Shown here: positions 1-10,628 of the stretch, in pieces | Position numbering within the stretch: the stretch's first letter is position 1 | Layout of the letters: each line of letters starts with the position of its first letter | NCBI GenBank assembly: GCA_963807635.1 | Contig: CAWEDJ010000067.1 | Coordinates: 1-64,000 of the forward strand | Length of the DNA: 64,000 bases | Direction of reading: 5' to 3' | Origin: an uncultured cyanobacterium | GTDB lineage: Bacteria; Cyanobacteriota; Cyanobacteriia; Cyanobacteriales; Microcystaceae | Program-made: the position numbers and the translations under genes | Notes under the pieces: model-generated | Seen by the model: the letters and a program-made list of their open reading frames with translations, nothing else | Databases searched by the model: none | Told to the model about the DNA's origin: nothing

Positions 1-658
1 AGGAGTTTTCTATCGTCGTAACGGGTCATACGCAAAGCGATCGCGCTGAAACTTTTTTATATAATTTAATGCGGGGATCGGGTAGTGACGGGCTTCAGGC
101 AATGACTTGGCAACGAGAATTAGCTCCTAATATTCCGTTAGTTCGACCCTTTTTAAATATTTCTCGCGCTGAAACGGGTTTGTTTTGTCAACAGCAACAA
201 ATTCCGATTTGGGAAGATGCGTTTAATGAAAAACTCCACTATGCCCGTAATCGCATTCGTCAACAATTATTACCGTATTTAAAAACAGAATTTAATCCTC
301 AAGTAGAAACAGCGATCGCGCAAACGGCTGAACTGCTACAAGCAGAAGTCCAGTATTTAGAAAATATTACGGAAACATTATTTAAACAAATTGTGAATAG
401 TGAATTAAATCAATTAGATCGTAATCAACTAAAAAATCTTCCTCTAGCATTACAAAGACGAATTATTCGACACTTTTTAAGGCATAATTTAGAGACTTCT
501 CCTAATTATGAACAAATCGAAGAAATTCTTCAGCTAATTCCAGCCCCTAATGAGGAATAAGGACTAGTACTTTTTCCAATAATGTAGCCGTAGAAGTCAA
601 AAATCATTGGTTAATCATCATTAAATTATCTGATGGTAAATTTACTCATAAATCATAA
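1..658 (+). CDS. tilS: tRNA(Ile)-lysidine synthetase, 5' partial; apparent frameshift near 552
   Basis: TGHTQSDRAETFLYNLMRGSG, VRPFL and RNRIR motifs; C-terminus continues in another frame to TAA at 656-658. Confidence 0.9.
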
Positions 659-739
659 AAACCTTGTAGGGTTTTAGTCACCCAATCCAGAAAATGCAAG
701 ATTTTCTGATAATTACCATAATTAATTCAAAAAATATTT

Positions 740-1904
740 ATGTTCAAAAATCTGATCGAAACCTATAAAACAAACAAAAATTTATCAGAAGAAAATCCAG
801 AAATTTTTAATATCTTAATTGGATTTATTGTTGTTGTCGGTGTAATAATTTATCTTTACTACTTTAAATTTTCAGGTAATATCACAGGTTTTTTTAGGAT
901 TGGTTCAGTTTTACCCCTTTCTCCTTTTTTGAATCCCAATCAAACCTTTATTTTTCGAGATGAATTAGGCTACGATGGACAACAATTTTTAAGTTTATCT
1001 CTAGATCCCTTTTTGCAATATCTCGATACCCTAGCAATCTTCGATCATCCTGCCTTTGTTATCGCCGCATTCTCTATCCCTTATTGAGTTATTTTTTAGG
1101 ATTCGGCAATATTCAAATTATTCCCTATGTCATGGTTGCTATTAACGCGATCGCGATTGTATTAATGATTTGGGTAACAGGTTTATATTTTAAATCCTAC
1201 TCAGTCAAGGTTAATCAAGCTTTATTTGTCTTGACAATTCCTGGGGTTTGGATCGTACTATCTCTTTCAACATCGGATTTACTCGCGGGTTTATTTTTAG
1301 TGTCTGCCTTCTATTTCTACCAAAACAATAAACCGATGTATATGAGTTTAATGGTGTCTCTAGGTTGCCTAACGAGGGAAACCCTAATGCTCCTTTGGAT
1401 GACCTTGATAGTTTCTTCTATGTGGCAAAAAAAAATATCTTTATTTTAAATATTTAGAAATGGCAATTATTCCTCCTCTAGCTTGGAATATTTATGTGAT
1501 TCTATTAGGGTTAAATGGTGCGCCAGGAACAGGTAATTTCGCCGCCACTTTTCGGAATTATTGAAAAATTTTTATCGTTATTTACCGAAAAATTTAGTTC
1601 TAAAATTATTTTTGAAACCTATTTATTCATGCTATTAATCCTAGCTTTTGCTTTGATTTTTTGGCTCTCCTATCCTCTCCGTTCCCCAAATCGTGCAGTC
1701 CTGGTCTGTAGCCTAATCTATTTAGGACTGTTCAGCGTGAGTAGCCTACTGATTCTTAAGTATTATCTCGACTATTCGCGGGTTTTTCTAGATGTTTATT
1801 TTTTAGCTTTACTGAGTATTAATTTTCGTTCATTTCCCAGAAAAACTCTTTTCTTTTCAGCCTCAAGTTTAGCCAGTATTGCTTTTTTAGTGTTGCATTC
1901 TTAG
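740..1904 (+). CDS. Multi-pass membrane protein, AZOBR_p60025-like cell-surface glycopolymer/glycosyltransferase family, split into 3 ORFs by frameshifts
   Basis: GYDGQQF motif, RILYP-like motif in the alternate frame near 1065, LTRET motif, many TM segments. Confidence 0.6.
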
Positions 1905-2138
1905 AAAATCTCGCCTAAGATAAGGTTTTTCCAAAGCGATCGCCTAATCGAAGACGTTGATTTCCCTAGATATAACCTAAACTCACGATAAAAGGATGCA
2001 TTTTATTGAAAAGCGAGAAATTGATCCCTAGACAGTTGTTTCAAGCCTTCCCCAAAAATCTACGATAAGCTAGAGGAATGAATTTTCCAACTACTCGGAA
2101 AAATCGCCATAGTTAGTAGCGACGGTGGTACTGACTCC

Positions 2139-3438
2139 ATGCTGCGAATCATTACGGATCAAGCTGAGGCACTCACGGAATTAGGACGGATTAATCATCG
2201 GTCAACAGATCGAGATTTTCGTCTTCAGGAAACTGCGGTGCGCGATATTTTAGAACGTGTTCGTGTCCAGGGTGATGCGGCTCTCTTGCCATCAGCAGAT
2301 TCTCCCCTTAAAACGCCGAGTTTGCGGGTAAGCGGCTCAGAACTGGATGTAGCCTATCAACAAATTCCCAAGGATTTATTAAGTGCGATTCAAGTGGCCT
2401 GTCGTCAATTGGATGCTTTTCACCGCCAACAGTTGCCAAATCCTGGGTAAAATTTGCCGAAGATGAGGTCGTCCAAGGAAAACGCTATCTTCCTGTGCAA
2501 CGGGCGGGGCTTTATGTGTCGGGCAGTAGGGGATCTCGTCTGAGTAATTTATTAATGCAAGCGATTCCTGCGAAGGTGGCCCAGGTTCCCCAAATCGTGA
2601 TGGTCACCCCTGGCAATGGGGATTATAAAATTGCTCCCGATCTGTGGTGGCGGCCCAGGAGGTGGGCATCGAAGAAATTTATCGTTTGGACAGTGTGAAG
2701 GCGATCGCGCTTTCGCCCTACGGAACTCGAAGTATTGCCAAAGTGGAAGTGATTACGGGAACGGGGGATCTGGAGGTGGCGATCGCGAAAAATTTAGTCA
2801 ACGGGTTAGTGCGGATCGATAATCCTATTGAACGAACCGATCTAGTGGTCATTGCCGACAGTAGTGCCAATCCTTTACAAATTGCGGCGGATCTTTTGTC
2901 CCAAGCCGAACAAGACCCGACTTCAGCCTTAATTCTTTTTACCTCCGATCGCCAGATTGCCGCGACGGTTCAAGCGATTATTCAGGATTATTTTCAAGAA
3001 AATCCCCAAAATATCTTGATGCAAAAGGCGATCGCCCACTATGGGTTGATTGTAGTGCTGGATTCCTTGGATCTGGTGGTGGAGATGGTCAATCAATTTT
3101 CTCCCTATTACCTGCTGTTGGCAGTGGTCGAACCCTGGGACTTAGCCGAAAAAATTCACCATGCCCGCACCATTTTTCTCGGTCAAAGTAGTCCTAAAGC
3201 GATCGGCGATTATATGGGCGGAAATTCCCTATTAATTTCGACGGAAGGAACCCTACGTTCAGCCTCCACTGTTGGCGTGGAAACCTTTTTAAAACAATCT
3301 AATTTGATTCAATATTCACCGACCGCCCTTAAAAAGCTCTCTCAAACATTACAAATTTTAGTCAAGGCAGAGGGTTTAGCCGCCCCAATGGAAACAATTC
3401 GGTTACGCAATCCTAATCAAAAACCGACCGATCCCTGA
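2139..3438 (+). CDS. hisD: Histidinol dehydrogenase-like protein (divergent paralog; 2 frameshifts; stop codon supplied by the IS3 end)
   Basis: VRxxGDAAL, AGLYV, IPAKVAQV, ADLLSQAE and GDY motifs across ORFs 2139/2495/2644. Confidence 0.75.
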
Positions 3439-3495
3439 AGTGGCCCCCCAAAACTGGACAGTAGTGTAAGCTCTAAATCGAAACCCAGGAGATCT

Positions 3496-3812
3496 ATGAG
3501 CAACAAGAAAAAACAGTACGGTGCCCAGTTCAAAGCCAAAGTCGCCTTGAAGCAATTCGAGGAGAAAAAACGGTATCTGAATTAGCCAGTCAATATGAAA
3601 TTCATCCAACAATGATTAATGGATGGAAAAGAAAAATATTGGAAGAAGCTAGTCAAATCTTTGAGACAGAAAAACAAGGAAAAGAAATCAAAGAAAAAGC
3701 TGAAACCCAGATAGATGAACTATATCGACAAATAGGAAAGCTAAAAGTCGAGCGAGATTTTTTAGTAGACAGGTCGGTACAATTGGGGCTGCCGACCGAA
3801 AAACCTTGGTAG
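3496..3812 (+). CDS. IS3 OrfA (HTH), frameshift near 3548
   Basis: AGGAGA RBS; MSNKKKQYGAQFKAKVAL...ELYRQIGKLKVERDFL. Confidence 0.8.
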
Positions 3813-4627
3813 ACCCCAAGCATCCTGAATTGTGTATCCAACGTCAATGTGAATTATTAGGAATAAGTCGTTCGAGTTATTATTACGAACCGAAGGAAAT
3901 AAGTTCCGAAGAATTAACGCTATTGAGACTGTTGGATGAGCAATATATGAAAACACCATTTTATGGGAGTAGAAAAATGACAGTATACCTCAATACGTTG
4001 GGTTATGAGGTAAATCGAAAAAGAGTGATACGATTGATGAATCAATTGGGGATACAAGCAATTTACCCAAAGAAACGAACAACAATACGAAACCCTGAGC
4101 ATCAAATTTATCCTTACTTATTACGAGAGTTAAGCATTGAAAAAGCCAATCAAGTGTGGTGTACCGACATCACCTATTTGCCAATAGGAAAAGGACACTT
4201 TTATCTAGTCGCCATTATGGATTGGTTTAGCCGTAAAGTCTTATCATGGAGGATGAGTAACACGATGGATGTTTATTTTTGTAAGTCAGCTTTGGAGGAA
4301 GCATTATTAATTTATGGCAAACCAGACATCTTTAATAGTGATCAAGGAAGCCAATTTACTTCAAAGGAATTTACAGGATGTTTAAAGCAAGAAAACATCA
4401 AAATTAGTATGGATGGAAGAGGACGTTGCTACGACAATATTTTTATTGAAAGATTGTGGCGTTCTCTGAAATACGAATTAATTTATATTTATTCCTTTGA
4501 GGATGGAAAACACTTGACAGAAGAGGTAAAGAAATGGTTTAATTTCTATAATAAGGAACGTTTCCATCAAGCCTTAGAATATCAAACGCCAGAGCAAGTC
4601 TACGGTCAAAGTTTGAATTTGACTTGA
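3806..4627 (+). CDS. IS3 OrfB DDE transposase (rve)
   Basis: WCTDITY, FNSDQGSQF and DNIFIERLWRSLKYE motifs. Confidence 0.95.
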   Translation: MVDPKHPELCIQRQCELLGISRSSYYYEPKEISSEELTLLRLLDEQYMKTPFYGSRKMTVYLNTLGYEVNRKRVIRLMNQLGIQAIYPKKRTTIRNPEHQIYPYLLRELSIEKANQVWCTDITYLPIGKGHFYLVAIMDWFSRKVLSWRMSNTMDVYFCKSALEEALLIYGKPDIFNSDQGSQFTSKEFTGCLKQENIKISMDGRGRCYDNIFIERLWRSLKYELIYIYSFEDGKHLTEEVKKWFNFYNKERFHQALEYQTPEQVYGQSLNLT

Positions 4628-4768
4628 GAGAACGTTTTTAGTTAGGGAGTCCGTTAACTTCAGAGCTTCACTCCCCGCTATTTTTGTTCAGCCTATTGGG
4701 GCCACCTCACCCAGTTAGGGTTAAGATTAACTATTTAAACTTCATCCATTTTGAGAACTTGAATTTTT

Positions 4769-4857
4769 CGCCCCCCTAGCCCCCCAACTTTGGGGGGAAA
4801 AGTTAGGACTAATATAATTTCTGGTAAGTCCCCCAGTATTGGGGGATTTAGGGGGCG
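4769..4857. repeat. C/G-rich cyanobacterial inverted repeat (double hairpin, REP/MITE-like)
   Basis: CGCCCCCTAGCCCCCCAACTTTGGGGGG...CCCCAGTATTGGGGGATTTAGGGGGCG; related hairpin at ~20369-20417. Confidence 0.6.
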
Positions 4858-4915
4858 AGAACGATGTTTTTCGGGTTAGATGAGGTTTAGCTTAAATCTT
4901 TTAAGGAATTATCCG

Positions 4916-5670
4916 ATGAATTGGGAAATCTCGACCTTTATCACCAATCCCTGGAGTTTGGCCGTTAGCTTAAATACTCTCTTGCTCGCGATCGCCTTTA
5001 TTGTTCCTAAAAAATTATTAACAACGACGGGTTATCTTCATGCCTGGGTCTTGGGTGTTATTGTGTGGGGAAGTTTGGGTTGGCAGGGTTACGCGATCGT
5101 CATGTTTTATTTTCTATTCGGTTCTGCCGTGACTCGTATTGGCTTTAAGCAAAAAGAAGCAGAAGGTATTGCCGAAAAGAGATCGGGACAACGCGGCCCC
5201 GAAAATGTCTGGGGATCGGCTCTAACAGCAGCTCTTTGTGCTTTATTAACTCTCTTCGTTGATTCAACTTGGCAGAGCTTATTATTACTGGGTTATGTCG
5301 CCAGTTTTAGCACCAAATTATCCGATACCACCGCCAGCGAAGTCGGAAAAGCCTACGGAAAAAGCACTTTTTTAATTACCACCCTCAAGCCTGTGCCACG
5401 CGGAACGGAAGGCGCGATTAGTTTAGAAGGAACCCTAGCAGGAATTGTCGGTTCTCTATTGATTGCGGTTTTGGCTGGGGCTTGGGGATGATTGATGTAT
5501 CGGGAATTGGTCTTTGCGCGATCGCGGCTTTTATTGCTACGAATATCGAAAGTCTGATTGGTGCGACCTTGCAAAATCAATGGGATTGGTTAACCAATGA
5601 GGTAGTAAATGGCATTAATACTTTTATCGGGGCCGCGATCGCCATTTTTCTCGGTATTCTGATAAGATAA
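4916..5670 (+). CDS. DUF92/TIGR00297 membrane protein (frameshift near 5485)
   Basis: GQRGPENVWGS, KLSDTTASEVGK, VPRGTEGAISLEGT and NEVVN motifs. Confidence 0.88.
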
Positions 5671-5713
5671 GAGACTATTTAACTCATTTATCCCTAAAAA
5701 TAACCATAAAACC

Positions 5714-5736
5714 GTAGGGGCGTAAGGCTTACGCCC
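5714..5736 (+). repeat. GTAG-type REP palindrome
   Basis: GTAGGGGCGTAAGGCTTACGCCC; identical copy on the - strand at 38346-38368. Confidence 0.8.
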
Positions 5737-5755
5737 TCAAGCTCAGACTAGAACT

Positions 5756-6757
5756 ATGAATCAAAAAATGTTCGTCACAGGGGGAACAGGATTCGTCGGT
5801 GCAAATTTAATCCGCCTACTGTTGCAAGAAGGTTATCCCGTCAAAGCCCTCGTTCGTCCTGGGAGTTGCCTAGACAATTTAAAGGATTTAGATATCGAAA
5901 CGGTTCCAGGAAACCTAAATGATCCCAATTTAAGCGAAAAAATGCGGGATTGTCAGGGATTATTCCACGTTGCGGCCCATTATTCCCTCTGGCAAAAAGA
6001 TCGAGATCAACTTTATCAAAGCAATGTTTTAGGCACTCGACAAATCCTGTTATCCGCAAAAAAAGCTGGGATCGAACGCTGTATTTATACCAGTTCCGTT
6101 GCCGCGATCGGTTTAGATAAAACAGGAAAGCCCGTTGATGAAAGCTTTCAAAGTCCCGTTGAAGATCTCATTGGGGAATACAAAAAATCGAAATATTGGG
6201 CAGAACAGGAAGCCCTCAAAGCGGCTAAATCGGGTCAGGAGGTAGTGATCGTCAATCCCAGTACGCCCATTGGCCCTTGGGATATTAAGCCAACTCCGAC
6301 AGGAGATATTATTCTACGGTTTTTGCGGCGACAAATGCCCGCCTATGTGGAAACGGGTTTAAATTTAATCGATGTGCGCGATGTGGCCAAAGGTCATCTC
6401 CTGGCTTGGGAAAAAGGGAAAAGTGGCGATCGCTATATTCTGGGCCACCACAATCTGAGTCTCAAGGAAATTTTAGAAATGCTATCCCAAATCACAGGAT
6501 TACCCGCCCCGAAAAATACTGTTCCTCTCTGGTTGCCCCTAGCCGTTGCCTGGTGCGATGAAAAATTATTAGCTCCTTTGGGAAAAACGCCCTCTGTCCC
6601 CCTGGATGGTGTACGGATGTCAGCCCATGCGATGTATTACGATGCCAGTAAAGCCGTTCGAGAACTGGATTTGCCTCAATCCTCTATTCAACAGGCTCTC
6701 AAAGATGCGGTAGATTGGTTTAGGCAACATCAATACATCAAAAATATGGACTTATAG
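5756..6757 (+). CDS. hpnA: Hopanoid-associated NAD-dependent sugar epimerase/dehydratase
   Basis: TGGTGFVG, FHVAAHYSLW, YKKSK and DIKPTPTG motifs. Confidence 0.82.
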   Translation: MNQKMFVTGGTGFVGANLIRLLLQEGYPVKALVRPGSCLDNLKDLDIETVPGNLNDPNLSEKMRDCQGLFHVAAHYSLWQKDRDQLYQSNVLGTRQILLSAKKAGIERCIYTSSVAAIGLDKTGKPVDESFQSPVEDLIGEYKKSKYWAEQEALKAAKSGQEVVIVNPSTPIGPWDIKPTPTGDIILRFLRRQMPAYVETGLNLIDVRDVAKGHLLAWEKGKSGDRYILGHHNLSLKEILEMLSQITGLPAPKNTVPLWLPLAVAWCDEKLLAPLGKTPSVPLDGVRMSAHAMYYDASKAVRELDLPQSSIQQALKDAVDWFRQHQYIKNMDL

Positions 6758-6836
6758 TTTATCGTAATGAATATTTTACTTGCGGTAAACAAGGGGTTTA
6801 AACCCCTTGCCTCCTGACCAATTTTGATCAATTTTT

Positions 6837-7244
6837 TCAAGCGAGCATCGGTGTCATTAATGGAGTCAAAAAAGTTTCACTTAATGCGGTTTGTAATGCC
6901 TTAACTTTTTTCTCAGTTACATGATGTTCTACTGGCTCTAAAACTGCGATCTCCTCTTGATCCTCATCCTCCAAATCCTCATCCATTTCGTCAGTAATAC
7001 AAAGACGCTCACAGGGAATCGTATCCGATAAAATAGAACTTGCCATCATTCCCGTATGAATTTCTAATTGCGCTTGGGGAAGAGCTTCAAAAACAAGACG
7101 CTGCCCTGGAAAAACGACTCGTTCAAAATACCAATTAGGAATATTCGTAATTCGAGCGATTTGAATATGACTACTGGCATTTACATAACAGCAAAGCAGA
7201 AAATTCGTCTGCCCGCTAGGAAGGGGATCAAGGATCTGAGCCAT
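6837..7244 (-). CDS. pirC: DUF1830 protein, PII-interacting regulator of carbon flow (PirC/CfrA)
   Basis: QILDP...CCYVNA..IQIARITNIPNWYFERVVFPGQRLVFEA..LEIHTGMMASSI.SDTIPC, recalled as closely matching Synechocystis Sll0944. Confidence 0.8.
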   Translation of the reverse strand: MAQILDPLPSGQTNFLLCCYVNASSHIQIARITNIPNWYFERVVFPGQRLVFEALPQAQLEIHTGMMASSILSDTIPCERLCITDEMDEDLEDEDQEEIAVLEPVEHHVTEKKVKALQTALSETFLTPLMTPMLA

Positions 7245-7287
7245 AATAATTCAGGAGATCTTAAAAATAGTTTGTGATTACCCCCAT

Positions 7288-7331
7288 AAACTAACATTGC
7301 TTGATCCCCGTTAGCTGTAAAGATAATTACA
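7288..7331 (-). promoter_or_regulatory. NtcA-activated promoter of pirC
   Basis: TGTA-AAGATAAT-TACA at 7316-7331; TAGTTT -10 box 23 nt downstream on the - strand. Confidence 0.75.
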
Positions 7332-7652
7332 ATCGATGTCTTTTTAACCCCTACGTGTCGCCATTCTAGCCGCTTAATTGTTTCAAAAACTACAAAAAAA
7401 GTTTTCTGAAGGGCGCATCCCGATCGCCGTATTTGTCTTGAAATAGCTATTACTCTTGATCCCTGGAGATTCCCCGCCGATCCCCTGAGCGAGGTTTTAT
7501 TTCCACAGAGAACATTAAGATATATTACAATTATGAAGGGTGCTAAACGTCAAAGGCAACATTTGAACGAGTAAGACCCCAAGCTCCGCGATCGCCGTTT
7601 TCTTCAGATTTTCAAAACTCACCACCGACAAACTCTCTTTCTCTTACCCACC

Positions 7653-9221
7653 ATGACTCAGCGCATTCTCTACGTCCGTCTTCCCTGCAACCCGATTTTT
7701 CCCATTGGCGTTGTCTATTTAGCTGATCATGTCCATAAACTTTTACCCGATATTGAACAAAAAATCTTTGATTTAGGCACAGTTCCGCCCCTAGACTTTA
7801 AAAAAGCCCTGGATCAATGTATTGATAACTTTAAACCTACTTTACTGGTGTTTTCATGGCGAGATATTCAAATCTATGCCCCCGTCGGTGGTCGTGGTGG
7901 TAATCCCCTCCAGAATGCCTTTGAATTTTATTATGCAAAAAATCCTTTGATTAAACTCCGAGGCGCATTAGGGGGATTGAAGGTGACAACCTCCTATTAC
8001 ACGGAGTTATGGCAAAATATTGGCTTAATTAAGCGGGGACTCAAACGGGCTAGACAATATAATTCTGATGCTCGTGTGGTCATCGGTGGTGGTGCGGTCA
8101 GTGTTTTTTATGAACAATTGAAAACTCAACTGCCCCAGGGAACCATTGTTTCGGTGGGAGAGGGTGAAACCCTATTGGAAAAATTATTGCAAGGTAAGGA
8201 ATTTCGAGATGAACGTTGTTATGTGGTTGGAGAAAGTGATCCCCGCGATCGCCTAATCCATGAAGCCCCTACCCCCTTAGAGAAATCTGCCTGTAATTAC
8301 GACTATATCAGCAAGATTTGGTCAGAATTTGACTATTATTTACTGGAAAATGATTTTTATATCGGAGTCCAAACCAAGCGCGGCTGTCCCCACAACTGTT
8401 GTTACTGCATTTATACCGTCGTCGAAGGTAAACAAGTCCGTATTAATCCCGCCGAGGAAGTGGTCGCAGAAATTCGTCAACTCTATGACCGAGGAATTCG
8501 TAATTTTTGGTTTACCGATGCCCAATTTATCCCTGCTAAAAAATTCATTGATGATGCTATTGAATTATTAGAAAAAATTGTTGAATCTGGCATGACCGAT
8601 ATTCACTGGGCGGCCTATATTCGGGCCGATAATTTGACCCCCAAACTTTGTGATTTGATGGTGAAAACGGGGATGAATTATTTTGAAATCGGCATTACCA
8701 GTGGTTCCCAGGAATTAATTCGGAAAATGCGGATGGGCTACAATTTACGCAACGTTTTACAAAATTGTCGAGACCTCAAAGCGGCAGGTTTTAATGATGT
8801 GGTTTCGGTCAATTATTCCTTTAATGTGATTGATGAAACCCTAGAAACCATTCGCCAAACGATCGCCTACCATCGAGAATTAGAAGCAATTTTTGGAGTC
8901 GAGAAGGTCGAACCCGCCATTTTCTTTATTGGTCTGCAACCCCATACCCTATTAGAAGAATATGCTTTTAAACAGAAAATTTTAAAGCCTGGCTATGATC
9001 CCATGAGTATTATGCCCTGGACAGCTAAAAAACTGCTCTGGAATCCCGAACCCTTTGGTTCTTTCTTTGGAGAAGTTTGTTTACAAGCTTGGAATCAGAA
9101 TCCTAATGATTTTGGGCGAGAAGTGATGAAAATTTTAGAAGAAAGATTGGGCTGCGCCGATCTCGAAGAAGCCTTAACTGCTCCTGTTGGCGATCGCGTC
9201 ATTGATCTCGTGGCTGTTTAA
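7653..9221 (+). CDS. B12-binding radical SAM protein (PSII high-light acclimation, Slr0320-like)
   Basis: RGCPHNCCYC motif; N-terminal RLPCNPIFPIG. Confidence 0.85.
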   Translation: MTQRILYVRLPCNPIFPIGVVYLADHVHKLLPDIEQKIFDLGTVPPLDFKKALDQCIDNFKPTLLVFSWRDIQIYAPVGGRGGNPLQNAFEFYYAKNPLIKLRGALGGLKVTTSYYTELWQNIGLIKRGLKRARQYNSDARVVIGGGAVSVFYEQLKTQLPQGTIVSVGEGETLLEKLLQGKEFRDERCYVVGESDPRDRLIHEAPTPLEKSACNYDYISKIWSEFDYYLLENDFYIGVQTKRGCPHNCCYCIYTVVEGKQVRINPAEEVVAEIRQLYDRGIRNFWFTDAQFIPAKKFIDDAIELLEKIVESGMTDIHWAAYIRADNLTPKLCDLMVKTGMNYFEIGITSGSQELIRKMRMGYNLRNVLQNCRDLKAAGFNDVVSVNYSFNVIDETLETIRQTIAYHRELEAIFGVEKVEPAIFFIGLQPHTLLEEYAFKQKILKPGYDPMSIMPWTAKKLLWNPEPFGSFFGEVCLQAWNQNPNDFGREVMKILEERLGCADLEEALTAPVGDRVIDLVAV

Positions 9222-9240
9222 TCACCTTGGAAAATGAACG

Positions 9241-9717
9241 ATGAAATGGGAAGAAGTTTGCAACAATCAAGAATTACAAAATTTACCCTTCAAAATTGAA
9301 CTCAATAAATGGGGACAAATTGTAATGAGTCCAGTAAAGATTAAACATTCTTTTTATCAAGGAAGAATTCAACGTTTATTGGAATCTTTATTGCAAACAG
9401 GAGAAGTGATGCCCGAATGCGCGATCAATACATCGGACGGCGTTAAAGTTGCTGATGTTGTTTGGTGTTCGGACGAAAGATTTGATCAAATTCAAGATGA
9501 AGTATCGGCTTCTATTGCACCAGAAATCTGTATAGAAGTTAAATCTATCGGTAATACTTTAGAGGAAATGGAATTCAAGAAAAAATTATATTTTGAAGCC
9601 CAAGCAATGGAAGTCTGGATCTGTAATGAGCAAGGTGAGATAACATTCTATAATGAGCAAAATGAATTAACCCAATCTTTGCTAGTTCCGTATTTTCCTC
9701 AGCAAATTAAACGTTAA
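9241..9717 (+). CDS. Uma2 family (DUF820) endonuclease-like protein
   Basis: IELNKWGQIVMSP, VADVVW, APEICIEV and EVWIC motifs. Confidence 0.88.
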   Translation: MKWEEVCNNQELQNLPFKIELNKWGQIVMSPVKIKHSFYQGRIQRLLESLLQTGEVMPECAINTSDGVKVADVVWCSDERFDQIQDEVSASIAPEICIEVKSIGNTLEEMEFKKKLYFEAQAMEVWICNEQGEITFYNEQNELTQSLLVPYFPQQIKR

Positions 9718-9814
9718 GGAATGAAAATTTATTCAGTTGTGCATTTGAAGTTCCAAAGCAAGAGCTTCATCTTTATTCAAACAACAATATGCCTAAGTTA
9801 TTTATTTTCATTAT

Positions 9815-9856
9815 TAAATAAGGTGCGTTACATTTCATTAACAAACCCTACTAGAT
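9815..9856. repeat. 42-bp REP-like repeat, copy 1
   Basis: 40/42 identical to 12279-12320; shorter copy at 10568-10598; GGTGCGTTA...TAAC(A/G)CACC hairpin ending CCCTAC. Confidence 0.8.
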
Positions 9857-9982
9857 CCGCAATCGCACTACTGAAGAATTAGCGATCGCATCTAACCCTG
9901 ATAGATTACCCTAAAAATAGAAAAGGAGAAGTTCACAGCTTCCCCTAATCCATCAAACAAAGATCTAAAGGAATAATACATC

Positions 9983-10222
9983 ATGGCAACCACGATTGAA
10001 ACCGATTTAAAAGAAGTTCTCACTAAAATTGACAGTCGATTAGAGCATATTGAATCTGGTCAAGCCGATATAAAGGTATCTTTAGCTCGTCTTGAGGAAA
10101 AATTAGACTCTGTTGATAAACGAGTAAATGGCTTAGAAAGTAATCAGAATAGACAAATATGGGTCTTAATCGTTGCCGTTATTGGAGCCATTGTTAAATT
10201 TGGATTTTTCCCTAATCCCTAA
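9983..10222 (+). CDS. Small coiled-coil protein with C-terminal TM helix (XhlA-like)
   Basis: AAGGA RBS, heptad pattern, hydrophobic C-terminus. Confidence 0.7.
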   Translation: MATTIETDLKEVLTKIDSRLEHIESGQADIKVSLARLEEKLDSVDKRVNGLESNQNRQIWVLIVAVIGAIVKFGFFPNP

Positions 10223-10628
10223 ACCGCGATCGCCGTGACGACTTTTGATCATCAGATGATCATCCCGAAAGAAATGTTGACCTCTAGGCGTTCAATACTA
10301 AAGCTAGTGGAATAAGGATTTCCCATTCCCAATACCTATAACTGAAAAATTTTACTAAGAGCCAAAGCGCGATTCATTTTGTTAATTTAAGCAATGCGAT
10401 CGCACTAAAGAGAGTCAGGGGCGATCGCGGGTTGGAGTTTGGAAAAATCCTAATTCAATGAAACCTTCTGCGTTTAGGAAAAGGGCTAGGCAAAAATAGA
10501 AAATTTTACTAAGGGAGAGAACGCGATCGCATTTTTAGGTTGAAGGGGTAAAGGGCGATCTTACTAAAAATAAGGTGCGTTAAATTAACACACCCTACGA
10601 AAGCGGCGATCACACTAAATACTAAATA

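Larger units (their letters stand above)
3436..4709 (+). mobile_element. IS3-family insertion sequence (~1274 bp)
   Basis: TG...CA ends; IRL TGAAGTGGCCCCCCAAAACTGGACA vs IRR(rc) TGAGGTGGCCCCAATAGGCTGAACA; 3-bp target duplication CCC (3433-35 / 4710-12). Confidence 0.93.
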
